Source of the DNA: Chrysomallon squamiferum
Lineage: Eukaryota; Animalia; Mollusca
Direction: 5' to 3'
Assembly: GCA_012295275.1 (NCBI GenBank)
Contig: CM022678.1
Coordinates: forward strand, 2,418,001 to 2,482,000
DNA length: 64,000 bases
Position numbers and translations under genes: made by a program. Under the pieces are notes generated by a model, which searched no databases, was not told the DNA's origin, and saw nothing but the letters and a program-made list of their open reading frames with translations. Shown here piece after piece: positions 24,883 through 37,679 of this stretch (its first letter is position 1; each line of letters starts with the position of its first letter).

Positions 24883-27800
24883 TGTTTATTTATTTATTTA
24901 TTTTTTTTTCATTTTGTATTTTTCACTAAGAAATGGTGTTAGAATTGAATTTCATTTAATCTTATATTAAAGGTGCTTTGATTTTGATAGTGGAATTATA
25001 CTAAAGAAAACGGATATTCTCTTAGAAAAGGAGCTCTCTTTTTAAGAGGAAGTTTAATGAACACTTTGTAATGGCTGCTTCCATGTGGTAAAACTTTTTG
25101 TGAAGTACAAATCGTTATCGAACGATTATGTCAGATGATACGAGAGGAATAACTTGTCCAGAAGTTACATTAAACTGACTGAATTCGACAGAGCTGCTAT
25201 GATGGGTGATGCAGTGATAATTAAAACCACAGCTCTTTGAAATAATGAAAATCGTTGGATCATCATCATTTATTTTATTAAATATTAAAAAAAATAATGT
25301 TATATTTCTTTCAATTTTCAAAAGTTAAATACCAGTGTAAGTGTTCAAGAATATGGACGTAAAGCTGAAGAGGTTCGACCTTTGTGTAAGTTAATTTATT
25401 TATATTATTTTTAATTGTGTATAAATTATTATATTAAATACATTTTTTGGTTTCCAGTTCGTAGTTGGGAATAAACTTTAAAGTTTTGAAAAGTTCTCAG
25501 AAACCTGAACTAGATTCATATACTTTTGAAATCAAATCAAGAACTACTTAAAATTGAAAAATATTTGTAAATTGTCCAGTATTTGTACTTATTTAAGTCA
25601 TTAATAAATCGTTAATTGTTTTTATTTGTTTGCATATTACTAAAAGTTTTGTTAATATACCTGTCCTTGTCATACTATTTTCCTGGGCCGTAGACGATGC
25701 ACATAAACTATTTTTTATTATTAATTTAAAAAACAAGATTAGCCACTGCATTAAGACTGTGAGTTTTCTCTTTCACTACTTTTGTTTCTGACAACACTGT
25801 ATAATGAGTACTAGTATTTGAATTTACCTGTATTGTATAATATGTATCTATGGCTTCCAGGTAAATCTTTGGCCTCCAGCCTACATGTATAACTAGTATT
25901 TGAATTTACCTGTATTATGTTCAGTGCTTGCAGGTGAATCTGTGGCTTGGCCTATGAATTTACCTGTGTTACACAGTTTATAGATGTGGCTTACAGGTAA
26001 AACTGTATAACCATTCAGTACTGTTACACCTGTACAGGTTTTGTTTTGTTCAAACAGGTATGGGCCACGTGAAGTGTTAAGGAAGGAAGACTTCAGCATG
26101 AAGGGACAGCTGACCTGTACAACACTGTTACACCTGTACAGGTTATGTTTTGTTCACACAGGTACACGTGAAGTGTTAAGGAAGGAAGACTTCAGCATGA
26201 AGGGACAGCTGACCTGTACAACACTGTTACACCTGTACAGGTTTTGTTCAAGTTTGCATGAAGGGACAGTTTTGTTTTGTTCGTTTTCCTGAAGGGACAG
26301 CTGACCTGCGAGTTCAAGTTTGCAACGTTTTCCTGCTGACAACGTCAACAACACCAGCAAGACAGCGAGGAGAAAGACTACTCACTTCAAATCCTGGAAG
26401 CTCTTGAACCAGCTGTCTGTCTGGTGAGTCTGTATGTGTGTCTGTCTGGTGAGTTTGTATGTCTCTATCTGTCAGTCTGTCTATTTGTTATAATTTATAA
26501 ACTAATATATAATTTAACTTTAATCATTAAAACACTATTGTACAATAATCTGAAAAATAATGATGGCAGAAACTTAAAATAAAATAAATTCATTGTTTTG
26601 TTAAACACTTTACTTTATGAATTTTCTTTTTTGGCTGAGAAAAACTGATGCATTTTTTATTATTTGTGTCTACACCAAAAAACCCCTAAAAATACAAGCC
26701 TAAATGATTTCCTGTGCTTCAAAGTAGTTGTATTACAGGTTTGTTGTTAAATTGTTGATTTCTTAATACTAACAAAGTAACAAGAATTCAGAATATCTTT
26801 TCTATAATTTCAAATGATTATTATGTTTTTCCATAAAATGTAGTTAAGTTAATACATACAAGTATTCAGAATATATTTTGTATAATTTCAGATGACTGTT
26901 ATGTTTTTGCATGAAATCTTGGTAAGTTAGTACTAACAATACACTGAAACAAGATTATATATATCTCTCAATCTTGCCTTTTATTTATTTATTTAATGTT
27001 AAATTTATTTTATTATCCAAAGTGAATATTCGAACATCCTTTCCTTCATATATTAGTTCTAACTATTAAATAAATGAATACATTTTTTCTAATATATTTT
27101 GAATTTTTCCCTTAAATGATAGTTTAAAATAAATTATTATATTTTCATTTTTAGACAGAGAAAACCCTCTGTTTCTGTTAAAACCAATTTATTCTTTATT
27201 TACAGATTGTCCAATGAGATGACTGGTGGGCGTGGTAACAGTAACAAGTAAAACAAAAACCTGTCAATCAAAATCTTTGACATGGGAGGTAGAAGGAAAA
27301 GCTCATCTGTTGACCCAGGTCAGTCCACTGCAGAGCTTGAAGTAGTGAGTAGTGAAGTAGTATCTAAGACAGCAGTGTGTAATTAAGTAGCATGAAAGCA
27401 GTATTCACTGAAGTAGTATGAAAGTAAAGTATATCGAAATTGTGTGGAAATAGTATGAAAGTAGTGTATAGCTAAATAGCAAGAAACTTAGTTGAGTAGT
27501 ATGAAAAGAGTAGTCAAGATGTATGAAATTAGTTTGTATTGAAGTAGTATGCAAGTAGTGTATGGTGAAAGTAGTATGCAAGTAGTGCATAGTGAAGTAG
27601 TATTCAAGTAGTGTATAGTGAGGTAGTATGAAATGATCTCCGTTTGTCTGTCTCTCATTCATGTCTCCCTTTGTATTATTAAAATAAAATTAATTCCACA
27701 GAAATAAATAAATAAATTATTAGGTAAGTAAGTAAGTAAATAAATAAATTAGTAGGTAAGTAAATAAATAAATAAATAAATAAAATAGTAATTATTTCTG

Positions 27801-28630
27801 CGGCTCAACATCTTCTTATTATCTCAGAAGATGTCAGTGATGTTATCCTGGACATTTCAAGGGCAAGGAAAGAAGGTTAAACCTGAAAACCAGAAGACCA
27901 AGCCTCACTTTCATATTCATGAATGTAGCGAAAACTAAAAATGATAAATTAACTCCGGAACAAAAGGAACAAATAAACCAAACTTTGGAATGGATAAAAA
28001 ACTAACTGGTATGTGAGACCACTGTTCCACTACTGCTACTACTACCATAGTAATAATAACAGTAATATTATTATCAATATGACTTCTATTATCCAGAGTT
28101 CAATTACTGTTACTGCTATCATTGCAGTGTTTACTACCACTGCTATACTATCACATCTACTATTATTATTATTATTACTTGAACATCCATACCGCTACTA
28201 CTACTACTACTACTACTACTATTACTACTACTGTTACTAAATCAGTTTGGCAAGTCTTGATATGAAAAAGATATGTTTATAAATTTAGTTTCAGTAATAA
28301 TTTAGTTTTAGTATATTTTATCAAATCACTTACATATATGCTTTGACAGTAGTTTGTTTGGTGTTGTACGAGTTGCCTCCCTTTATTTGTTTATTTATTT
28401 ATTTATTTATTATTATTATTATTATATTCATTTGTTGAATGGATAATCTCCTTTTAATTTTATTTTTATTTACTATTACTACTACTACTACAACTACAGT
28501 TGATATCATTATTATCTTCATCATCATCAGTATTATTATTCTTATTATTCCTTTGTTGTAGTAATGATAATCTCCCTTTAATAATCATCAGGTAGTAACC
28601 ATCACAAGAAACAGTATTGTGAATAACGTC

Positions 28631-28686
<56 letters not shown>

Positions 28687-28909
28687 TAATAATCATAATA
28701 ATAATAAAATGAGCAAGATGTATGTGTCTATGTAAATAAATAAATAAGTCGGTAAACAAAGTCAAATGTTTTGATCAATGATATTTTTATTACAAATAAT
28801 TATGGACAATACAATGAATATCACAATAAAATTAGAACTTTTCACAACACATTTAACCATATTCTCTCAATATATACACACATATATACATATATATATA
28901 TACATATAT

Positions 28910-28949
<40 letters not shown>

Positions 28950-29445
28950 CATGATGTTTTTCGTTATTATTTAATAAAAACGTTTTATATAAGTAAAAAA
29001 TCAATATTTTACTTGCTTCATTAACTACATATTTTTAAAATCAGTTTTTAAATTGATATCTTAACAACATTGCAATATCAAACATATAAAGAGCTATTTT
29101 AACAAAGAACATCAAAATCAGTTTAATTTGCTGTATTTGTTTTACAACAGGATAAACATTTGATCAATAATTAAATAATTACACCATAGCCAAACACAAT
29201 AATAATAATAACAAATTAATTGATAAATAAATTATATTAAAAATTGAAAAATAAGAAGAAAATAAAGAATGCAAAAAGAAAAGATAAAAGAACACAATTA
29301 AATAAAGTGTGAATATACATATGTAAGTCTGAGAGTGTCTGCTTGTGACACCACTGTGCTAGGTTACTGAAGTTTTTGATTAGAAACTTTGTATGAAATT
29401 TACTTGTATTTCTCTCCCTTTCTTAGACTGCATCTTTTTTCTATT

Positions 29446-29488
<43 letters not shown>

Positions 29489-30267
29489 CAGTGGACTACA
29501 TATCAAGAAAAAGATGATATATTGCGACTATTCTATTGTCATATTAAATCATCGTATTTTCTGCTAATCGGTGTAAATGATGTCTGTATAAAAACAATAT
29601 TAACTCTTTTGTCTGTAGAAGAAATACAGCAACAACTATATAAAAGACTGAAAGAGTGATGATTAGAAAGGAGATGATGAAATCTTGGAAGTTTAATATT
29701 TTATCTTTTCCCACCAAGAATTTCAGTTAATTGGCAGGTTTTTTTCTAACAGTTACAGTTACACTTTTTGGCCAGAAAACTGAAGTAACTAGATAACAAC
29801 AAAATTAAACTAACTAGATACCAGGAAAATAAAAATAAGTAGATGAAATTAAATAACAATAGCTAAACAGCGAGAAATTCAAAATAAGAATTTTGAAATA
29901 AAACAACAAAGAAAGCCGCACTTGTATGTGTACAAACAGTTACAGTGCCACACTAGAACGTCGAAAAAACTAGATATCAAGAAAATCAAACTGATTAGAC
30001 AATGTCAAAATAAGTAGATACGAGGAAATAAAAGTATCTAGATAAATTTAAATAACAAAAGCTAAACAGCGAGAAGATCAAAATAACTATTTAGTAAGTC
30101 CATGTGTACTGTGTTAGTACAGGATCATCTAATTTATATACATCTATGTGGGATTGCGAGTTGACTAAGAAGAAAAAATACAATAACAAATGTGTGAAAG
30201 TATATTCCTCAGAACAAGTTTAAAACTACAACGACATTAGATTCTTCACACATCTTTGTCTGCTATT

Positions 30268-30314
<47 letters not shown>

Positions 30315-30475
30315 GTCTATTTATCTATCTATCTAGCTATCTATCTATCTGTTTCTATCTATCTCTATCTCTCTATCTGTCTGTCTATCTGTGTATCTGT
30401 CTGTCTATCTATCTATCTATCTATTTATCTATCTATGTATCTATCTATCTATCTATATCTATCTGTCTATCTGTC

Positions 30476-30506
<31 letters not shown>

Positions 30507-30511
30507 CTATC
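30268..30511. repeat. (TCTA)n microsatellite. Many (TTA)n, (TG)n, (CT)n and (TA)n tracts also occur in 17-33 kb and 54-64 kb.
   Basis: Directly visible simple repeats. Confidence 0.95.
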
Positions 30512-30648
30512 TTTAATTACCTGCCTTCATTTTGTTTTTTAAAAAAATCCCTCTTTTCATTGTCTTCATACAATTTTATTTCATTCAGTAAAATTTTATT
30601 TTATTTTTTATTTTATTTTTTTTATATTTCATTACCTTATTTAACTCA

Positions 30649-30690
<42 letters not shown>

Positions 30691-31277
30691 CATGTTGTTG
30701 TTGTTGTTGTTCTTTCTGTTATTTATTTATTTTTTTTTTTTTGTGTCTTTTGTTTAATAGCTCTAAGATACTTAGATCACGTGTTACTCGAGTTCACGGT
30801 TGAATTGTAAACAAAGAGAATTTGAAACCTGTGTAGTTAACTCTTTGTTAGAGAATAGAGATATGTCGTTATACAGCTAGTGTTGATAATATGGCTAATA
30901 CTGGCTAATGTTTACAGATTTCAAACTTTAATGTTAAGCTACACATCATTATTGTGGTTGTTGTTGTGAAATCGAATTATATATTTGTATATGCAATAAT
31001 AATGATGATGATGATGATGATGATTATATTAAGGGAGGTGTTAGGCCTCCCTGGAAGCTCCTGGATTTATTTGATGAAGACAGCGAAAATAATACCCGAA
31101 ATGAAATACTTGCCGTTGACTTAACGTTATTTATAGACAATTGTAATTTGAGAAAAGAATTAGAAAGAAGAAGATGAAAAATATAAAGAAATGAATGTTA
31201 ATGTGAATTGTTTAAAATACAATTTATCAGTTTATTTTCAGTATCTTTGCAGTGTCGTGCTTTATATGGATCAATTA

Positions 31278-31431
31278 CAGTGGAATCTCGGGTTACCCTA
31301 TCCAATATGGCACCCAAGAAAACAAAAAGATAAATCGATAATGTTGGTGCAGAGTATAAATGTATAACACAAGGTTAAGAAAGAAAGAATTGCAAAGCAA
31401 AGAATTAAGTTCGTAACCCGAGGTTCCACTG
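31278..31431 (+). mobile_element. Tigger/pogo-like MITE (internally deleted DNA transposon)
   Basis: 19-bp TIRs CAGTGGAATCTCGGGTTAC / GTAACCCGAGGTTCCACTG (1 mismatch), TA on both sides. The internal ATG GCA CCC AAG AAA (MAPKK) resembles a Tigger transposase N-terminus. Confidence 0.85.
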
Positions 31432-32445
31432 TAATGCTAAAATCATCGTAGCTGCAGAATACCTATCTCTTGGGTATTAAAGCATCGAATTTTTCATTGC
31501 TTACTTAATTATGTAGTCAATTCTTAAACATGACAGAAGTAAATAAATTTTAGATATTAATTCGATATTCTAGGGAATTTTGTAAAGCACGATATTACAG
31601 TTTAGTTTACGTGGTTGCCCCATAATCTTTCCATCTCTTTCTTACCCTGCATGCAAACCAGTTTCAACAAATTTCTAAAAAATAGTTACGATCTAACTGT
31701 ACTCAAATTTGACCTCAAAGACAATAACAAACTGTGTGGGTCCTAAAAGTTCTGTACTAAAACTTGAAGCCAATCATCTGAAGTCAGCTAGAAGAGAATC
31801 ACGCAATGTGGCTTGGGCACGTGGTGTCACATGAGTGACAGCATTGAAAGGTCACCGATTGAGTTAAACACAGCTACCCAGTCTTTTTGTGAGTTGTCAG
31901 TGTCCATAGTCAGAGGTCAGATGTGTTATGTACAGAATGTGAAACGTTTATTAAAACCAGTAAAAGACCCAAAGTGGTTGCAGAACGAACTGTACTTTGA
32001 CGTATATCATCAAAATGACGAGAGATTTGTGTATTAACCCTGTAACTGTTATTCATCCTGTATGTAGAAATAAAAGTCTTAAATAAATAAATATACAACA
32101 ATAATTAAAAAACAGTAACATTATTATTATTATTATTTCATCTATATATTTTTTTCTTTACTTTTCTTTCTTTTTTTTTTTTCTTTCTAGACGAATGTTA
32201 TTTTATTATTATTTGAGGTATTCATTTATTTTTTGATTACGTTTGTGACAGATAACTACATATATTTATATGTAGATGTTTTATATATATTTTGATCGAT
32301 TTGCATATTGGTATCGTCTTTGACCAGTCTATTAAAAAAGAAAACAAAATTTGTATTTCTGTCCACGTCTCCGACAGCAAAAAACCCCAAAATCAAGAAC
32401 ATCGAAAGTAACAAAAACAGTAAATTAATACATCAATAAATAAAC

Positions 32446-32495
<50 letters not shown>

Positions 32496-34401
32496 TCTTG
32501 TGTTAAGTGTTACAGAAGAAAAGTTAAGTTTTTATACACATGTACATATGTATTGTGTGTTTGTTCGTGTGTATGTATGCATATATGTATGTATGTATGT
32601 ATGCATCTCTGTATACATGTATGGAACTTTTCACGTTCATTTAGCTTCAAGAAACATTTTATTTTCACTTTCATATTATTTTATTTCACCCATAATTTTA
32701 TTTTTGATCTGATTTTATCATTTCATTTGTTTCATTCATTTTATTTCCATTGTTATTATTCACTGTTCTTGTTGTTGTTCTTATTATTACTATTATTGTT
32801 TTAGTATTACTATTACTACCTCTAACTACTGTTAAGTTATTGCGAGGCTACTGCACATTGACAGTAATCCTGTCTCCTCCCACTTTCCATCAAGTTAAGA
32901 GTAAATTTTACAATTTCACCCACAACCATCCTAACCTGACAAACTTCATCAAACCTAGACTACATTTTTCTACTGTACACTGTTCTTTACATAGAGTGTA
33001 TGACATTTCTGTACATTGTTTTTATGTTAGTACATCTTACATTATGTTAATATCCTTTCCAATATATCATGCATATATATCTTAGAAATTGATGTTATAG
33101 CACTTTCTAATACTCCTGTCACCAAGACACAGACGAAACATTTCAGATTAGCGGTTAATGTAGGTGGTACACTTGGAGACAATGAATTTCCGCTGAAAAT
33201 GAATGTATTTCCTGAAAGTGCCACAATATACCCAAATGGATTATCATAAGGCTGTTATCATAAAAATGAAATATAAATCTTTGATTAAAAGCTGAATAGC
33301 AGCCCATACCAGACTTCAAGGACTAATTTCCTTGTTCACAACTATTAATGACAAAACATTTCCACTTCCACAGCGAAGTCAAAGAGTTAAATACTATAGT
33401 CCTATAAATGCTATAAACAGTATTACAATGGGGGGGGGACCATTTATTCCTCTTTTATAAGAGGATTTGTCATACTTTGGTTTACACTTTCTTAATGGAT
33501 GAAAAATCTAATCACCAGACAAGATTTGGTGTTTTCTGATTTTAGAAGTCATTTTAATTCAGACCTTGTAGCAACTATTGAGCTAAATTTTACCATGACA
33601 AAACTATTTATTTTTCATTGAATCAGAGAAAATAGATCTCTTTATACATTTTTACACATTTATTTTGGTATCAAACACAATGTTTTATATAAGCAAGTCG
33701 TGATCTACCATTCACAACAATTGCACAGTTTTTCGCCTTAGTTTTATTTTTTTCTTTGACACTGCTTCTAAAATCAGATATATATATATAAACAAGAAAT
33801 CAGATTAACAAAATACTTGGTCTGCCTGGTGCTGGAAGTCAGATTAGCAACACGGGAAATTAATTAACTTTCCAGTATCACCAGCTTTAAATTGCTTTGT
33901 TTAAACTTTGTCGTTTTCTGTTTTGACTTCTTGTAAATTGTAATAGAGATCAACTGTTTAATTAGTCCCTAAGCTTTTTGTGTAACAATTGGGTAGATGA
34001 GACCATGATTATGTACTAGATAGAGGGCATCTCTTTATCAGTTCATTCAGCCATGACCTACTTTTTTTCTTTTCTTTTTTTAAATGGATGTGGAACAGAT
34101 GTAAAGATCTTCCACATAGGTATCAGTTAGGTATAAACACTGTCATCTAACTTGCATCTCCTTGACTGATAGCAGGTCCCATACAGACATATAATTCATA
34201 TATATAGTTTACTTAACCATATAGAAAAATACTAGTTATTGGTTGATTTTTGTATCATGAATATTACAGTTACTTTTCTATCAACACCATGAAATTAATA
34301 GTATTTTGCTAGACTGATTTAGATTTTCTTCTTGTAGAAAAAAGTCATTCAAAGCAGTTTATTATAGATTCTAAGTTCAAAATGTTTAAACAGAAAACTA
34401 G

Positions 34402-35345
34402 ATGTCTAATGAGTTATATCTCCACATTTCAGATTTGAAGACAAAAGTAGTGGAAGGTGAATCGCCTGCTAAAAATGAACAGGTGGAAATTCTAGAAAAG
34501 CTGCATGAGAAAGGGGTTCAGCTAAATTCTATAAACAATCTAGGTGAAACACCAATTATTATAGCTCTGAATGCCAATAATAACCCTGCAATTTTGAATT
34601 TCCTGGAACATGGAGCTGATCTCAGCTTAACAGACAAAGATAACAATTCAGTTTTACACCTAGCAGCTAAACATGGAAATCTACAAATTGTGAAAATATT
34701 TATTGAAAAAAATGTTAATGTAAATTATAAAAACAGTACAGGGGATACTCCGCTTTCTACAGCTATTAAGTTTGAACAAAACAAAGTAGCTTTGTATTTA
34801 CTGGAACATGGAGCTGATCTCAGCTTAACAGACAAAGATAAGAATTCTGTTTTACATCTAGCAGCTGAACATGGACTTCTAGTAATTGTGACAAAACTGA
34901 TTGAAAAAGGTTTTGATGTAAATTATAAAAACAGTACAGGGGAAACTCCTCTTTCTACAGCTGTTAAGTATGAACAAAACAAAGTAGCTTTGTATTTACT
35001 GGAACATTGAGCTGATCTCAGATTAACAGACAAAAATAAGAATTCTGTTTTACACGTAGCAGCTGAACATGGAAATCTAGAAATTGTGTAAAACTGATTG
35101 AAAAAGGTTTTGATGTAAAATTTAAAAACAATAAGGGGAAACCCCTGTTTTTATAGCTGTTAAATTTGACCAGAACAAACTATTTTTTAATTTACTGAAA
35201 CATGGAGCCGATCCTAATTTAAGAGACAATGATAACAATTCTATTTTACACCTAGCAGTTAAGCAAGGAAATACAGAAATTGTGAGAGCACTGACTGAAT
35301 AACGTTCTGCTGTAACATATTTTAAGCAGTAGAGGTGAAACAACC
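34402..35345 (+). pseudogene. Ankyrin-array fragment of a third paralogue
   Basis: Same 66-aa double-ankyrin unit (LLEHGAD..LTDKDNNSVLHLAA). The stop at 35010 falls where GGA is expected, with further stops and frameshifts after it. No NTPase upstream. Preceded by sequence homologous to the gene A intron at ~9420-10020. Confidence 0.85.
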
Positions 35346-36621
35346 CTTGATGGAACATTAAGTTAAACTTCAACTTTACTTGTTATTCAGTGACATACAA
35401 CAAAGGAGATTTGTATACATTTACTCTGAAGGACAAATCATGACACTCCTGAAACAAGACACACCCCACACTGGTGTTAATTGCCTCACTTATACTGTTA
35501 TTGTCAGTTAAAAATCTTTAATGTACTTTAGTGTGATGGCCTCTGAAACAGTGGTTAAATCAAAAGTTAGTAATACTAAGGGCAGTTGTATAAATATATA
35601 GCATATTGCTTATCTTGTTTCTTTCTTGCAGAAATTATTTTATACATAATGTTATTTTCTTATTGAATTTTGAATTATAATTATTATTATTATTATTATT
35701 ATTATGAATGAGTACTGCTCATTACTGTTTTATTTTTATGTCAAAGAGAAAAATAAATTGTTAAATATGATAACCTTTGCTTGTTATGTTACTATTACAT
35801 AAACAGTGTGCAAGTTTTATGTATATATTTTTCAATACACTGATGTAAATATTTAAAAAAATAGATATATTTTATATAACGTTTGCCTATGTATACAATT
35901 AATATTTTTCATACATTTATTTTACCGTCATACACAGAACAAGAAAAAAGTATATATGCTCTTTATTCATCTATATTTGTTTAATATTATTGTTATTATT
36001 TTTTATTTGTTCTTAATATTGGTTGAAAATCCATCTGGTTAACAATTTTTCACTTTTATCCATTTAATTATTAGAATATATTGAATGAAGTTATACTAGA
36101 AATGCAGTGATTTCTTTTTTCTTATTTAATTTGCATCGAAGAATGTTTTTATAACCTTTATTTAGTGTATCAACTAACTTTGGATGAAACTTCAATTTAC
36201 TGTTTTATAATTAATTGTATCTTTAATGCATGAAAATGGACAAATGCTGTTTGTCTCTCATTTGTTTCTCATCCCATTTTTTTACACATCCAACTGATAC
36301 AGATGAAGTATTATTTGAGTTTAATAGTCACTAATGATCAAGTGTTTTTTCATTTTATTCAGTTACTATATGCAATGGTAATAAAGAATAAGAAATGGAA
36401 AGAAGGAAAATACTAGTAGTAGTAATAATAATAATAATAACAGTAGAAGAAGAAGAAGAAAAAAAAAAAGATAAAATCTTAGAGAAATATCTTCTAGTGC
36501 ACAAAAAATTAAATTATAATTGTTATATAGTTAATACCGGTATGTATACCTTACGTGGCTTTGAATTTGGTATATATATTTATGTACTTGGTACATATAT
36601 CTCAGTATTAGTTGATAAGAC

Positions 36622-37450
36622 AACAGAGATAAAGTACTTTTAGCAGCAGCAATATGGGGATGTACTGATACAGTGAATTTTCTCATTGACCAGAGACGAA
36701 ATGATACAGATGAGAACAACTGGAAGAAAGGCAAAGTACTGAAAGTGGCAGTGATGTTTAACAGAGTAGATGTTGTTCAGTGTCTTCTTGATAAAGGAGC
36801 TGATCCTAATGTGAATGTGGCAGTTATGGACAAATTGATTCAGTTGTTTGAACAGGAAATTAGATTAAAAGTGTTGTCTGATGACAAAACTAGATTTGAA
36901 CTATTGCCTCCAGACATACTTCTTCACATTTCAGTTCTGCTTGGTGACTTAGATATGTTAAAATCACTGATAAGGAAAAATGCTGATGTTAATGCAGTAA
37001 ACAGCGAGGGAAAAACTCCACTTCATGAAACTGTAAAAGCAGTGAAACACAGAAAGGAAATAGCTTTGTTGTTACTAGAAAATGGTGCTGATACTGACAT
37101 AACAGATTGACATTGCATATGCAATCTCATATTGACCAGAACTACTTTAACATTGATTGAAACAAGGAGCTGAACCTAATTTAACAGACATTGATAACGA
37201 TTTTGTTTTACACCTAGCAGCCAACCATGGAAATATAGAAATTGTGACAGCACTGATTAAATATTTTTACAGCTCTTAAGTATGAATATTACAAAGTAAT
37301 TTTGTATTTATCGGAACATAGAACTGATCCTGATATGACAAAAAATAATAGTTGTGCTGGAAACTTAAAACTTGTGAAAGCTTTGGTTATAAAGGGTGTT
37401 GATGTAAATATTATTAATTATATTACTTAAACTCCTCTTGATAAAGTTTG
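36622..37450 (+). pseudogene. Internal fragment closely matching gene B 49148-49660, followed by deleted ankyrin remnants
   Basis: ORF 36673-37110 is nearly the same peptide as gene B (NFLIDQRRNDTDENNWKKG...LLLENGADT). Homology begins abruptly, the ORF stops at 37110, and the sequence is degenerate afterwards. Confidence 0.9.
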
Positions 37451-37679
37451 AATTATACATTTAACATTTTTATTAAAACTTATTTTGAGAATTACTTAAT
37501 TACTTTCGAAAGATTCTGAATGAGAGAAAGAAGTAAATTTAGAAATTTTGTTTTTCATTTGTTTTCATTCGAAGCACGATATTATTATTTATTATACATG
37601 GTTGGTGTAGTCACGCTCCATTGCTTTCTGACTTCGTATTGAAACCAGTTTTCAGAAACGTGATATAGTTAGAACATTC

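Larger units (their letters stand above)
18500..28600 (+). repeat. Downstream block of the segmental duplication, copy 1 (copy 2 at ~55580-64000)
   Basis: Colinear unique sequence, minisatellites and microsatellites. No mismatch seen between 22460-22805 and 58698-59043. Confidence 0.95.

Noticed and set aside
22289-32804. Many short ORFs with poly-I/L/Y/N or CV/HT runs (also 58500-60700)
   Set aside because: They are translations of microsatellites.
33086-33249. Exon-like open segment (IDVIALSNTPVTKTQTKHFRLAVNVGGTLGDNEFPLKMNVFPESATIYPNGLS*)
   Set aside because: Isolated and unrecognised, with no partner exons or second copy to support it.
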